Shown here: positions 42,492 to 51,071 of the stretch, in pieces
Layout: every line of letters begins with the position of its first letter
Numbering within the stretch: the stretch's first letter is position 1
Source of the DNA: Sedimentisphaerales bacterium
Lineage (GTDB): Bacteria > Planctomycetota > Phycisphaerae > Sedimentisphaerales > SM23-30
Reading direction: 5' to 3' (one strand)
Length of the DNA: 64,000 nucleotides
Assembly: GCA_963666285.1 (NCBI GenBank)
Contig: OY762711.1
Program-made: the position numbers and the translations under genes
The notes under the pieces: generated by a model
Databases searched by the model: none
Told to the model about the DNA's origin: nothing
Seen by the model: only the letters and a program-made list of their open reading frames with translations

Positions 42492-43370
42492 TTATTTCAT
42501 TTTTCTGTTTAATGCCGGGGCGAGTATCCTTAGATCGTCCATAAGTTCAGAGAACTGCTGCGGGTTAAGAGATTGCTGGCCGTCTGACATGGCCTGATCC
42601 GGGTGGACGTGAACTTCTACCATCAGTCCGTCGGCACCGGCCGCCATAGCAGCTTTACATAGTGCGGGGACGTATTCGGTATGTCCGCAGGCGTGGCTTG
42701 GATCAACGATAACGGGCAGGTGGCTGCGGCTTTTGATAACCGGTATCGCATTGATATCCAAGGTGTTACGTGTTGCAGTCTCAAAGCTGCGGATTCCTCT
42801 TTCGCATAGGATAACATTTGGGTTGCCTTCAGCCAGTATATATTCAGCCGCCATTAAAAACTCGTCAATAGTATTCATATAACCCCTTTTGAGAAGGACA
42901 GGCTTGCCGGTCTTTCCAACTTTTTTGAGCAGTGAGAAGTTCTGGCAGTTGCGGCTGCCGATCTGGAGGATATCGCAAGCTTCGGCAACGGCTGTAACGT
43001 CAGCAGTATCCATAACTTCTGAAATTACAGGAATATTGAGTTCGCGTGCTATTTCGCTGAGCAGGTCGAGCCCTTTCTGGCCAAACCCCTGGAAGGTATA
43101 TGGGCTGGTGCGTGGTTTATAGGCACCGGCACGAAAGACATTAGCACCGGAAGCATGTACAGCAAAAGCACTTGCGAACACCTGGCTGCGAGATTCGATA
43201 GCACAAGGTCCGGCGATAACAGCGAAATTTCTGCCGCCGATTTTCATGCCGTTGATGTCTATGACAGTTTCGGTCTGTTTGGCCTGGCGGCTGTATAGCA
43301 TCGCCTGCGGCTTGTTGATGGTTGGTATTACCAGTTCCGATGTTTGGTTGCATGTCGTTTCGTTTTCCAT
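42492..43370 (-). CDS. aroF: DAHP synthase (type I-beta) lacking the N-terminal regulatory domain
   Basis: IAGPCAIES, GAYKPRTSPY.FQG, QIGSRN.QN, LCERG and DPSH motifs; 292 aa. Confidence 0.93.
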   Translation of the reverse strand: MENETTCNQTSELVIPTINKPQAMLYSRQAKQTETVIDINGMKIGGRNFAVIAGPCAIESRSQVFASAFAVHASGANVFRAGAYKPRTSPYTFQGFGQKGLDLLSEIARELNIPVISEVMDTADVTAVAEACDILQIGSRNCQNFSLLKKVGKTGKPVLLKRGYMNTIDEFLMAAEYILAEGNPNVILCERGIRSFETATRNTLDINAIPVIKSRSHLPVIVDPSHACGHTEYVPALCKAAMAAGADGLMVEVHVHPDQAMSDGQQSLNPQQFSELMDDLRILAPALNRKMK

Positions 43371-43443
43371 TTTTTTAATCTCACTTGTTTTAGGGGTTAT
43401 TGAATACTATTGATTTATAAGTTTTTATTTTGTTGGGGTTTAA

Positions 43444-43482
43444 AACAAAAAAACCGTGAACAAAGGATTTTGCTCACGGTTT
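43444..43482 (-). terminator. Attenuator terminator upstream of aroF
   Basis: Minus strand AAACCGTGAGCAAA-ATCC-TTTGTTCACGGTTT followed by U-tract. Confidence 0.85.
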
Positions 43483-43519
43483 ATAATTTTTGTTTTGTAT
43501 GATTATGTGCCAGGGAAGA

Positions 43520-43618
43520 TCATCTGGCGTAGGCGCGGGCAAAATCCGGTTTCAGACGATAAAAATAAAATCGCCAGAAATAATAAAAGTTATAGATTTT
43601 GCCTGTAAGTTTTGTCAT
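43520..43618 (-). CDS. Aromatic-amino-acid leader peptide MTKLTGKIYNFYYFWRFYFYRLKPDFARAYAR (32 aa)
   Basis: Manual translation; 10 of codons 9-20 are Tyr/Phe/Trp; sits directly upstream of the terminator and aroF. Confidence 0.88.
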   Translation of the reverse strand: MTKLTGKIYNFYYFWRFYFYRLKPDFARAYAR

Positions 43619-44013
43619 AAGTTCTTAATTTATATATATCATTGTAAAAAAATCTTTATTGTTTACACTATTATATTACAAAATATCGGTGTGAGAGACA
43701 AGAAAAATAAGGGAAAATCGTTCTTATTTATAGAAACATTTTTGTGCTGTTATATAAGTTAATGTAAATAAAAGGATTGCGAGATACTTGGGACGGTAAA
43801 ATTGCCGCCTAAGTAAGTGAAAAATTAAAATTAAAAAGTGAAAAATTAATGTGTTCGGCTAATGCCTCACGCTTTTTTGTTAAACGGTGTAAAATGTTAT
43901 CATCATAAAGTATTGTGCTATATTGCTTTAAATTAGATGTTAGATGTTTTGAATGATAATATTTAACTTATGCTCGAGCACTTAATCCGAAGATTTAATT
44001 AGAAAGGGTATAT

Positions 44014-44442
44014 ATGTTTTTTACCGGGCAGATAGAGATTTCAACGAAAGGCAATTGTGATATAGTGGATATAACCAGTGAGGTTGATGGTATCGTATCG
44101 AAAGTTGTTGAAACAAATGAAGTTATGGATGCTGCGGTGCTGCTGTTTGTAGTTGGTTCGACGGCGGCCCTGTCGACGATCGAGTATGAGCCCGGTCTTG
44201 TAAATTATGATATAAAAGCAGCTTGTGAGAAGTTTGCTCCGCAGGATGGTCGTTATGAACATGAGCTGACCTGGCATGATGATAACGGTCATGCACATGT
44301 GCGAGCGACGCTGATGGGGCCGTCGCTGAATGTGCCTATCGTCAATAGTAAGCTGATGTTAGGGACCTGGCAGCAGATAGTGCTGGTTGATTTTGATACG
44401 AGGCCGAGGAAGCGGACGGTGATCGTGCAGGTTGTATCTTGA
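44014..44442 (+). CDS. YjbQ/UPF0047 (secondary thiamine-phosphate synthase family)
   Basis: DIT, GSTA, E.EPG, NGHAHVR and L.LGTWQQI motifs. Confidence 0.9.
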   Translation: MFFTGQIEISTKGNCDIVDITSEVDGIVSKVVETNEVMDAAVLLFVVGSTAALSTIEYEPGLVNYDIKAACEKFAPQDGRYEHELTWHDDNGHAHVRATLMGPSLNVPIVNSKLMLGTWQQIVLVDFDTRPRKRTVIVQVVS

Positions 44443-44929
44443 GTGATGAACTAAGAGTTGAGGAGTTCGTTTTCGGCTCATAATTTGTTTTACAGCTGGT
44501 GAAGAGTTAAAGTTGTGGTGTTGCTATGCGAAAGAGGATTAACTGGTAATGGGATGTATGCGGCGCTGGACGGAGGGGAGTTGCGGGTGAATGGAATGGG
44601 GGTGGAAGTTTCGCGGCGGAAGGAAGAGCTCTGTCGGGCAGTTTCGGAGTGAGGTGGCGAACGGGGGGAGCGTGAAAGCTAACGGGATATATGCCGAGGG
44701 CTGCGGAGAGGCGCGGCGGTGAGAAGGGCTCTTCTGGTATTTCGGTGGGTGTGTAGAGATTGTGTGGTGATAATGCGATGGTTAAACGGCGGGTGTGCGG
44801 CGGGCTACGGAGCTATAGCGGCGGTAATTTACCATTAGTCAATCCGCCGGATTTCAACCGCTGGACAGACCAGATGCCGCGGAGCGGCATCAAAGTGTAA
44901 AGGGTAAAATAAAAAGTGTAAAGGAGGTG

Positions 44930-44953
44930 TCCTGATGTACGTTGACATCAGGA
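44930..44953. repeat. REP-like palindrome TCCTGATGT-ACGTTG-ACATCAGGA (further copies 54126, 54412, 59001)
   Basis: Four near-identical copies, each preceded by purine-rich short repeats and followed by ATAATTCGCT. Confidence 0.85.
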
Positions 44954-45157
44954 ATAATTCGCTGTCGCTCACAACTTATTTTAAAGCTGTCGCATATTTA
45001 AATTCAGAATTATGAAAAAGATTGTCAACCACGAAAATACAATGAAAGCCAGAATATTCCTGTAGCATGGCTTGTGTTATAATACACAATAATTTTAGCA
45101 CGAGCTGTCACAGGGACGCTCAAATATTTAACCAATTTTATACGGAGTATTCTGGCT

Positions 45158-46204
45158 ATGAAGACTATTATGTCAATTGATTTAGGAAAATTCAAGAGTG
45201 TAGTTTGTTTTTATGAGGTAAAAAGCTGTAAGGCTACATATAAGTCGTTTAAGACTAACCCTCAAGAGCTTCATGACCTGGCAGTATCTCACCCTGCTGA
45301 TCTTATTGTATTTGAGGCTTGTGATATCATAGGCTGGATTTGTGACCTTTTTGACACCCTGGAATTAAAATATGAAGTGGCAAATACTAATACCGGCGAA
45401 TGGTCTGGCAGAAAATTGAAGAAGAAAACAGATAAAAAGGATGCATTTTGGCTGGCCAAGCGTGCTGCTTTAGGAGATTTATCAACTGTCTATGTTCCTA
45501 AAAAGGAAATTCGAGAGAAACGATCTTTGATAAATTATCGTCAGAGCCTAACAGAGCGTATAACTCAGGTAAAAAATACTATTCGTTCTTTATTAAATGC
45601 CCAGGCGTATTCGTTGCCGTCAGGCAGAAAGTGCTGGTCTAAGCAGAATCTGGAACAGTTAAGAAGTATGGCTATGCCAATGGATAAAGTTAAACCAGAT
45701 GAGCTCTGGAAAGGCAATCTATGGAGCGAGCTTATATTACTGGAACAATTAACAGACGCTTTGCAAGTAGTTGAAGATAAACTGGAAGAGTTAAATAGTA
45801 CTGATGAAAAGGTAAAACTATTACAGACTGTTCCCGGAGTTGGCCCACGTCTGGCAGAGGCAGTTGCAGCTTATATTGATGATCCACATAGATTTAAGAA
45901 TTGCAAACAAGTTGGCAGCTATATTGGTATGACACCGCGTCAGTACCAATCAGGTAATACAGACCGTCATGGGCGGATAAGTAAATATGGCAATAGGTTA
46001 TTGCGAGCATTACTTGTTGAGGTTTGCTGGCTGGGTTTGCGTTGGAATCCATGGATAAAAGAAACATACGAAAGAATAAAGAGGGGAAGTAAAACTCGTG
46101 CAAAAATAGCGATAGTAGCTACAGCCCGACGGTTGTTCGTACGATTGTGGGCGATGATGCGAGATGGGACAAGTTGGCAGATGCCTGAATTGCAAGGTGC
46201 TTGA
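45158..46204 (+). CDS. IS110-family DEDD recombinase/transposase
   Basis: SIDLGK, FEA, KTDKKDA, VPGVG, GMTP.QYQSG (catalytic Ser), ISKYGN..LR and AIVA.ARR motifs. Confidence 0.95.
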   Translation: MKTIMSIDLGKFKSVVCFYEVKSCKATYKSFKTNPQELHDLAVSHPADLIVFEACDIIGWICDLFDTLELKYEVANTNTGEWSGRKLKKKTDKKDAFWLAKRAALGDLSTVYVPKKEIREKRSLINYRQSLTERITQVKNTIRSLLNAQAYSLPSGRKCWSKQNLEQLRSMAMPMDKVKPDELWKGNLWSELILLEQLTDALQVVEDKLEELNSTDEKVKLLQTVPGVGPRLAEAVAAYIDDPHRFKNCKQVGSYIGMTPRQYQSGNTDRHGRISKYGNRLLRALLVEVCWLGLRWNPWIKETYERIKRGSKTRAKIAIVATARRLFVRLWAMMRDGTSWQMPELQGA

Positions 46205-46229
46205 TAAAAATATAAGTAGAAAAATATAA

Positions 46230-46400
46230 ATATTACCTATGATTTTTCCCGATTGAAATCGATACGGAACCTTGGTCGTGCATTTGGGTTTTGAACCTGA
46301 CACGAAAATTAAGCCGTATCGCAATATATATAATGGAACCATGGCGTAAAATACAGCCTCGGACACTCCGGATAGAAAGATGAAACAATCAGGTAAATAA
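46230..46400 (+). ncRNA. Putative bridge/seekRNA of IS copy 1 (matching region in copy 2 at ~52260-52430)
   Basis: Stem CGATACGG/CCGTATCG encloses TCGTGCATTT and CACGAAAATT, which match opposite strands of the insertion target; outer pairing TTACCT/AGGTAA. Confidence 0.7.
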
Positions 46401-46720
46401 TGATTCGCTACGCGAAAATTGTTTTAAATAGGTTTATCGCATAAGGTCAAAAAGCAAAAAACGAGGCGGTGTAAAACCGCCCCGGCTTCTCGACAACTTG
46501 CAACGCTCGGGTTGCTCCTCAGCAGAGCCCTATCCTTTGCAAGATAAAGGAATTATAGCAAAAATGAATAAAATTAGAAAATTAATGTTGCATTCTGGCT
46601 TCATAGAAATTCACGAAAGAACACGAAAATAATACTGTTGCTCGCAGAGGCCGCAGAGCTTGCAAAGAATATTATTTGGCCATGAAGGGAATGTTTTAAA
46701 TTAAGAATTCAAAATTAAGA

Positions 46721-48649
46721 GAGCGCCAAGGTAAGCTGGTGCAGTCAAGCCGGCCAATCCGGCATGGGTAAGGGTTAGCCACCGGCCCATTACAGAACCG
46801 GGCGTGCAGTGAGGTAACAAGCTGTGCGAAGCCCCGGGAAAGGAGTTTGTCAGCTACAACGTAAGTGAAGGTATTGAGCCCCGAAATTAGAAATTAACGC
46901 ATCCGGGCCAGGTGATTCTTAACACTGAAGCTAATACTGGTATATGCGAGATAAGGCGAGTATATATCGGCGAGCCGGGGTCTGAGTCCGTAGCGGGTAA
47001 ACGAACTGACTGCATTGGAACTTGGGAGAGCCAATATGTTCCAAAAGGAAGCTGTCGAGGAAGCTGAAGAAGTTACGAGACGGTATGGCATATTGGCAGT
47101 CGGATCGGCCCATAGTAGAGGAGTAAGCAGGGTAATGCCTGCTGAGGGCAATAGAACCCACTCGAAGGAGCCGACGGTTTAATGTAAAGAGACAGAATTA
47201 GAAATGCAATACACTGAAATTGGCAAAACATTGACAAAGTTGTCTCTTATAGCCGGTCATGCCCGAAGAGACCGAAGCTTCAGGTTTACGAGCCTTGCTC
47301 ATTTACTTGATGTTGAATATCTCCGGTATTGCTACAATAGCCTGAACAGGAATAAGGCAGTAGGAATAGACGATGTAAGCTGGCAGGAATATGGAGTTGA
47401 CTTAGAAGCCAATCTGGAACGACTGGTAACAAAGCTCAAACGTAATAAGTTTAAGCCCAAACCAGCCAGACGGGTCTATATACCCAAAAATGACAGGGAA
47501 ACCCGTCCTTTGGGTATATCAGCTCTGGAAAACAAGATAGTAGAGCGTGGTATCACGTGGATACTGGAAAGTATATATGAACAGGATTTTTCAGACTGTT
47601 CGTATGGCTTTCGACCTAAAAGAAGCTGTCATCGGGCATTGAAAAGTCTCAACGACCTGATAATGTTTCAACCAGTAAACCATATAGTCGAAGCGGATAT
47701 AAAGGGCTTCTTTGATAATGTTGAGCATGATAAACTTATGGAATTTATACGCATAAGAATATCAGATACGGCATTATTAAACATAATAGAGAAGTTCCTT
47801 GAAGCCGGATATGTTGATGAGGGTTTACTGGTAAGGTCAGACAAAGGTACGCCGCAAGGCAGTATTCTTAGCCCGATGTTAGCCAATATATTCCTGCATT
47901 ATGTATTAGATGAATGGTTTGAGACGACAGTTAAGAGCCATGTCAAAGGATACTGTGAATTGGTGAGGTATGCAGACGACTTTGTTTGTGTGGTTCGTTA
48001 CGAAGAAGATGCCCGAAAGATCGAAAAGACGTTGAAGAACCGGTTCAATAAATATGGGCTGGAAATTCATCCGACTAAGAGCCGAAATATGACTTTTGGC
48101 CGGTATGAGAGAGAAAACGCTATAAAACAAGGCCGTAAGGCCAATACGTTCGATTTTTTGGGTTTTACGCATTATTGTGACAAATCCCGCAGAGGAAATT
48201 TTAAGCTGGGTCGTAAGACCAGCAGCAAGAAGTTTAAGACCAAATGCCGGGAAATGAATGATTGGCTGAAAGATATAAGAAACCAGTTCAAGACAAAGGA
48301 ATGGTGGAAGGTTCTGGAAGCCAAACTGCGAGGCCATTATCAATACTATGGTGTCAGTGAGAACTCTATAGGAATAATAAAGTTTTACAAACTAACACTT
48401 AGGATGGTAAAGAAATGGCTGAACAGGCGTAGTCAGAAGCGTAAGATGAACTGGGCTAAGTTTACAGAGTACCTGAATCATTATCCGTTGCCGAAACCGC
48501 GGATAGTACATAGTTTTTACGGATGTCACATGTAAGGTGAGTTAAACCGAAGAGCCGGATGTGGGAAAGCCACAAGTCCGGTTCTGTGAGGGGTATTGAA
48601 GTTCCTCACATATAACTATATGATAGGAACCATATTATGCCTACTCGAC
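46721..48649 (+). mobile_element. Group II intron with RT/maturase ORF
   Basis: 5' GAGCG, domain V GAGCCGGATGTGGGAAAGCCACAAGTCCGGTTC (48552-48584), 3' CTACTCGAC; intron-less paralog of the flanks at ~52711-52765. Confidence 0.9.
47204..48535 (+). CDS. ltrA: Group II intron reverse transcriptase/maturase (no endonuclease domain)
   Basis: KA.GID, RRVYIPK..RPLGI, SYGFRP, EADIKGFFD, GTPQGSILSP.LANI.L, RYADD, FDFLGF and X-domain LRGHYQYY motifs. Confidence 0.95.
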   Translation: MQYTEIGKTLTKLSLIAGHARRDRSFRFTSLAHLLDVEYLRYCYNSLNRNKAVGIDDVSWQEYGVDLEANLERLVTKLKRNKFKPKPARRVYIPKNDRETRPLGISALENKIVERGITWILESIYEQDFSDCSYGFRPKRSCHRALKSLNDLIMFQPVNHIVEADIKGFFDNVEHDKLMEFIRIRISDTALLNIIEKFLEAGYVDEGLLVRSDKGTPQGSILSPMLANIFLHYVLDEWFETTVKSHVKGYCELVRYADDFVCVVRYEEDARKIEKTLKNRFNKYGLEIHPTKSRNMTFGRYERENAIKQGRKANTFDFLGFTHYCDKSRRGNFKLGRKTSSKKFKTKCREMNDWLKDIRNQFKTKEWWKVLEAKLRGHYQYYGVSENSIGIIKFYKLTLRMVKKWLNRRSQKRKMNWAKFTEYLNHYPLPKPRIVHSFYGCHM

Positions 48650-49386
48650 ATTAAGAAAATAACTGACATTAAAAACCGTGGCTACGGATAAGTACCAATA
48701 ATTATAAGATGGCTTGCTTCAGCCTTCGCTAAAGCTATGGTTCGACAAGAGCGTACGTGATTAATAATTTTGAACTACTGATGCACGCGGATGGACACCG
48801 ATAAGAAAATGTTTAGATAACTTGACGATAAATTTTACAACCACGAAAATTCACGAAAGAACACGAAAAAAAATACTGTTGCTCGCGGAGGACGCTGTGC
48901 GGCAAGTGAAGAACGAAGAGCGAAAAGTGAAGAATTGTGGTGTTCTGCACCGTATGGTACAGGACGTTGTTTTAAATCGCCTGCGGCGAAATGTGCCGAG
49001 CTCCGCCTTAGGCGTATTTCATTCTGCTCGGCATAAAGCTTTTTCTCAATGCAATATATGTCAGTATCGATAGATATCTCTTGGCAGAGACCAGACCTTG
49101 TCTGGACTAGACCTCGCTCCGCTCGGAGATTAATTGCAACTGTTAGATAAATGAGCCTCGCATACTGCTCGGCAAAAAGTCTATCTGATAATAATAAAAT
49201 AGAACCACAGATGAACACCGATGCACACAGATATAATAGGAAATAATAAGTTTTCAAGGCTCCAAGGAATTATTTTTATTCAGGCTCCCCAATACCCCTA
49301 ATGCCGCAGAGCGGCAAGTGAAGAACGAAGAACTAAGAGTGAAGAATTGTGGTGTCACTTCGTGACTTTATTTTAAACGGCTTCGC

Positions 49387-49445
49387 CTATCACCCCTACG
49401 GGGTTCTTCATCTTGGGACTCCAAGAGCCAAATAAGGTTGGTTGG
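49387..49445. repeat. ~58-bp direct repeat (second copy 50745-50802) bracketing the Rhs tip/immunity cassette
   Basis: GGGTTCTTCATC.TGGGACTCCAAGAGCC.AATAAG.TTGGTTGG present in both. Confidence 0.8.
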
Positions 49446-49467
49446 AAAAGTGGTGGTTAAAATGAGT

Positions 49468-50022
49468 TTATTTTACTTCTAAAATAAACTTTGATTGAGG
49501 AAGAATTACAAAATCATATTCTTTCCCTAACTTAACCGATCTAGACGGATACATATACAGTCTTTTAATAGTCTCACCGCTATCGATTTTAAACTCAACA
49601 GATTTACAAATAAAAAGTGCTCCAGGTCCAGTTGAAACATTTTCAACAATCCCTCTTAATATTTCAGGATCTTGCTTGCTAATTATAAGTCTATACACAT
49701 CTTTCATTTGCGGAAGTAAAAGAAACCAAAACGCGGTCAATCCAACACATAATATAATAATGCGTATAGCAAACTCAACTCTTGGTCTTATTTTTGAATA
49801 TTCTTTGTTATTAAGTTTTCCATCTTTCTTAATAATTTTATAATTTGGTGATAGCCCCACATAAAGACAGAAAAACATTCCGCATGATATGGAAATACTA
49901 CTTGCAATAATTCTATTTATCCAATTACCATGCCCAATATGAACTAATAATATAGGCAAAATAATCATAAAAATAAACAGAAGTAATTTCTCATCTATTT
50001 TTTTGACTGTGTTTTTCTTCAT
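49468..50022 (-). CDS. AT-rich membrane protein, candidate Rhs immunity protein
   Basis: Immediately downstream of the Rhs C-terminal tip; 3 TM segments; GAGG SD. Confidence 0.6.
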   Translation of the reverse strand: MKKNTVKKIDEKLLLFIFMIILPILLVHIGHGNWINRIIASSISISCGMFFCLYVGLSPNYKIIKKDGKLNNKEYSKIRPRVEFAIRIIILCVGLTAFWFLLLPQMKDVYRLIISKQDPEILRGIVENVSTGPGALFICKSVEFKIDSGETIKRLYMYPSRSVKLGKEYDFVILPQSKFILEVK

Positions 50023-50069
50023 AAAACATCCTCAACTATTATACTTAAAGAATAAATATTATCAATAAT

Positions 50070-50645
50070 TTACTCTCTAACACCATCTACTACACCTCCT
50101 ACAATAGCTGAAGGGAATGCCCAGGACAGACTATTAGCAACATACATCTTAAATGCTGTCATACTTTTAAAACCACTGATAATATTTCTTTCAAACTTTG
50201 TAACTATCTGTTTGCTTATTGCCATATAGCTTCCTCTGCCAGCCGTAATACCCTTAATTTTAGGTCCAGGTATAGCTCCAACCGCAAATCCTTCCAATGA
50301 TTTTACTGTAGCCTCAACAAAATCAAATGACTCCTGTTTACCTGAAGCCATTCTTAGCAATTGAGTAACGCTTGAAGATGTTAGGTTCCCTAAACCAGTC
50401 GCTAAGCTACTATTTCGAGCATATAACATAATTTCACCTGCAACAGCTCCGCCCATTGCAGCTCCCACATAGGCTTCCCAACCACTATCTTTTCCTGAAG
50501 AAACATCAGTAATAACTTGTTGCGTAATCCCCCAAGACATTCCTACACCTATAAACAATGCATCCAGTGCAAATTCTCCAGAAGGGTCAGTTAGGTTAAT
50601 CGGGTCATTGAGGCAATAGAGGTACTGGGGTTTGGTGGTGGTAGT
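50070..50645 (-). pseudogene. Orphan Rhs C-terminal toxin tip (no Rhs core)
   Basis: In-frame upstream extension reads YLYCLNDPINLTDPSG (Rhs core/tip boundary), preceded by an in-frame TAA; tip is Gly/Ala-rich and hydrophobic. Confidence 0.8.
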
Positions 50646-50812
50646 TTAAGTTGCGAAAGAGCCATAAGTCAGAGTTTGATTATAGTATATTTGTATGAGA
50701 ATGCCAGAGGGAATTGAATATTTTGTGTTTTATTGCGTTTTTCTCTATCGCTCCTAACGGGTTCTTCATCCTGGGACTCCAAGAGCCTAATAAGTTGGTT
50801 GGGGAGGCTTGG

Positions 50813-50990
50813 TTATTGATTATTATTTGCCATAGCCAGGTAAGCACTGCATCCTCTTTCATATAAATCATCTATTTTTAAAATTGGTAAGACCAAACAA
50901 AACAATCCTGACCAACCAATATGTAAACAAAAAACAATTACCCCTAAAACAGCAGGGAAGAAAGTTAAAAAACCTTCTTCATTAATAAAT
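50813..50990 (-). pseudogene. Truncated AT-rich membrane gene remnant (possible earlier immunity gene)
   Basis: Hydrophobic ORF fragment ending just before the second 58-bp repeat; 5' end replaced by a repeat module and the IS. Confidence 0.35.
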
Positions 50991-51071
50991 TTGAACCACT
51001 GATGCACGCGAATGGACACCGATAAGAAAAAGTTTAGATAACTTGACGGTAAATTTTACAACCACGAAAAT

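Larger units (their letters stand above)
45039..46610 (+). mobile_element. IS110-family element, IS1111-type, copy 1
   Basis: Subterminal IRs ATGAAAGCCAGAAT/ATTCTGGCTTCAT; long 3' non-coding region; AAAT core shared by both junctions; empty-site paralogs at ~48841 and ~54224. Confidence 0.92.

Noticed and set aside
43490..43762. 90-aa plus-strand ORF
   Set aside because: Antisense to the leader peptide/attenuator; no SD or motifs
47204..48535. RT as retron, DGR or defence RT
   Set aside because: Domain V/VI, EBS1-IBS1 match and maturase X domain identify a group II intron; no TR/VR pair seen
48822..49257. ORFs 48822-49073 and 48835-49257 (also 52528-52716)
   Set aside because: Translations of repeat modules or the IS end, with no protein-like features
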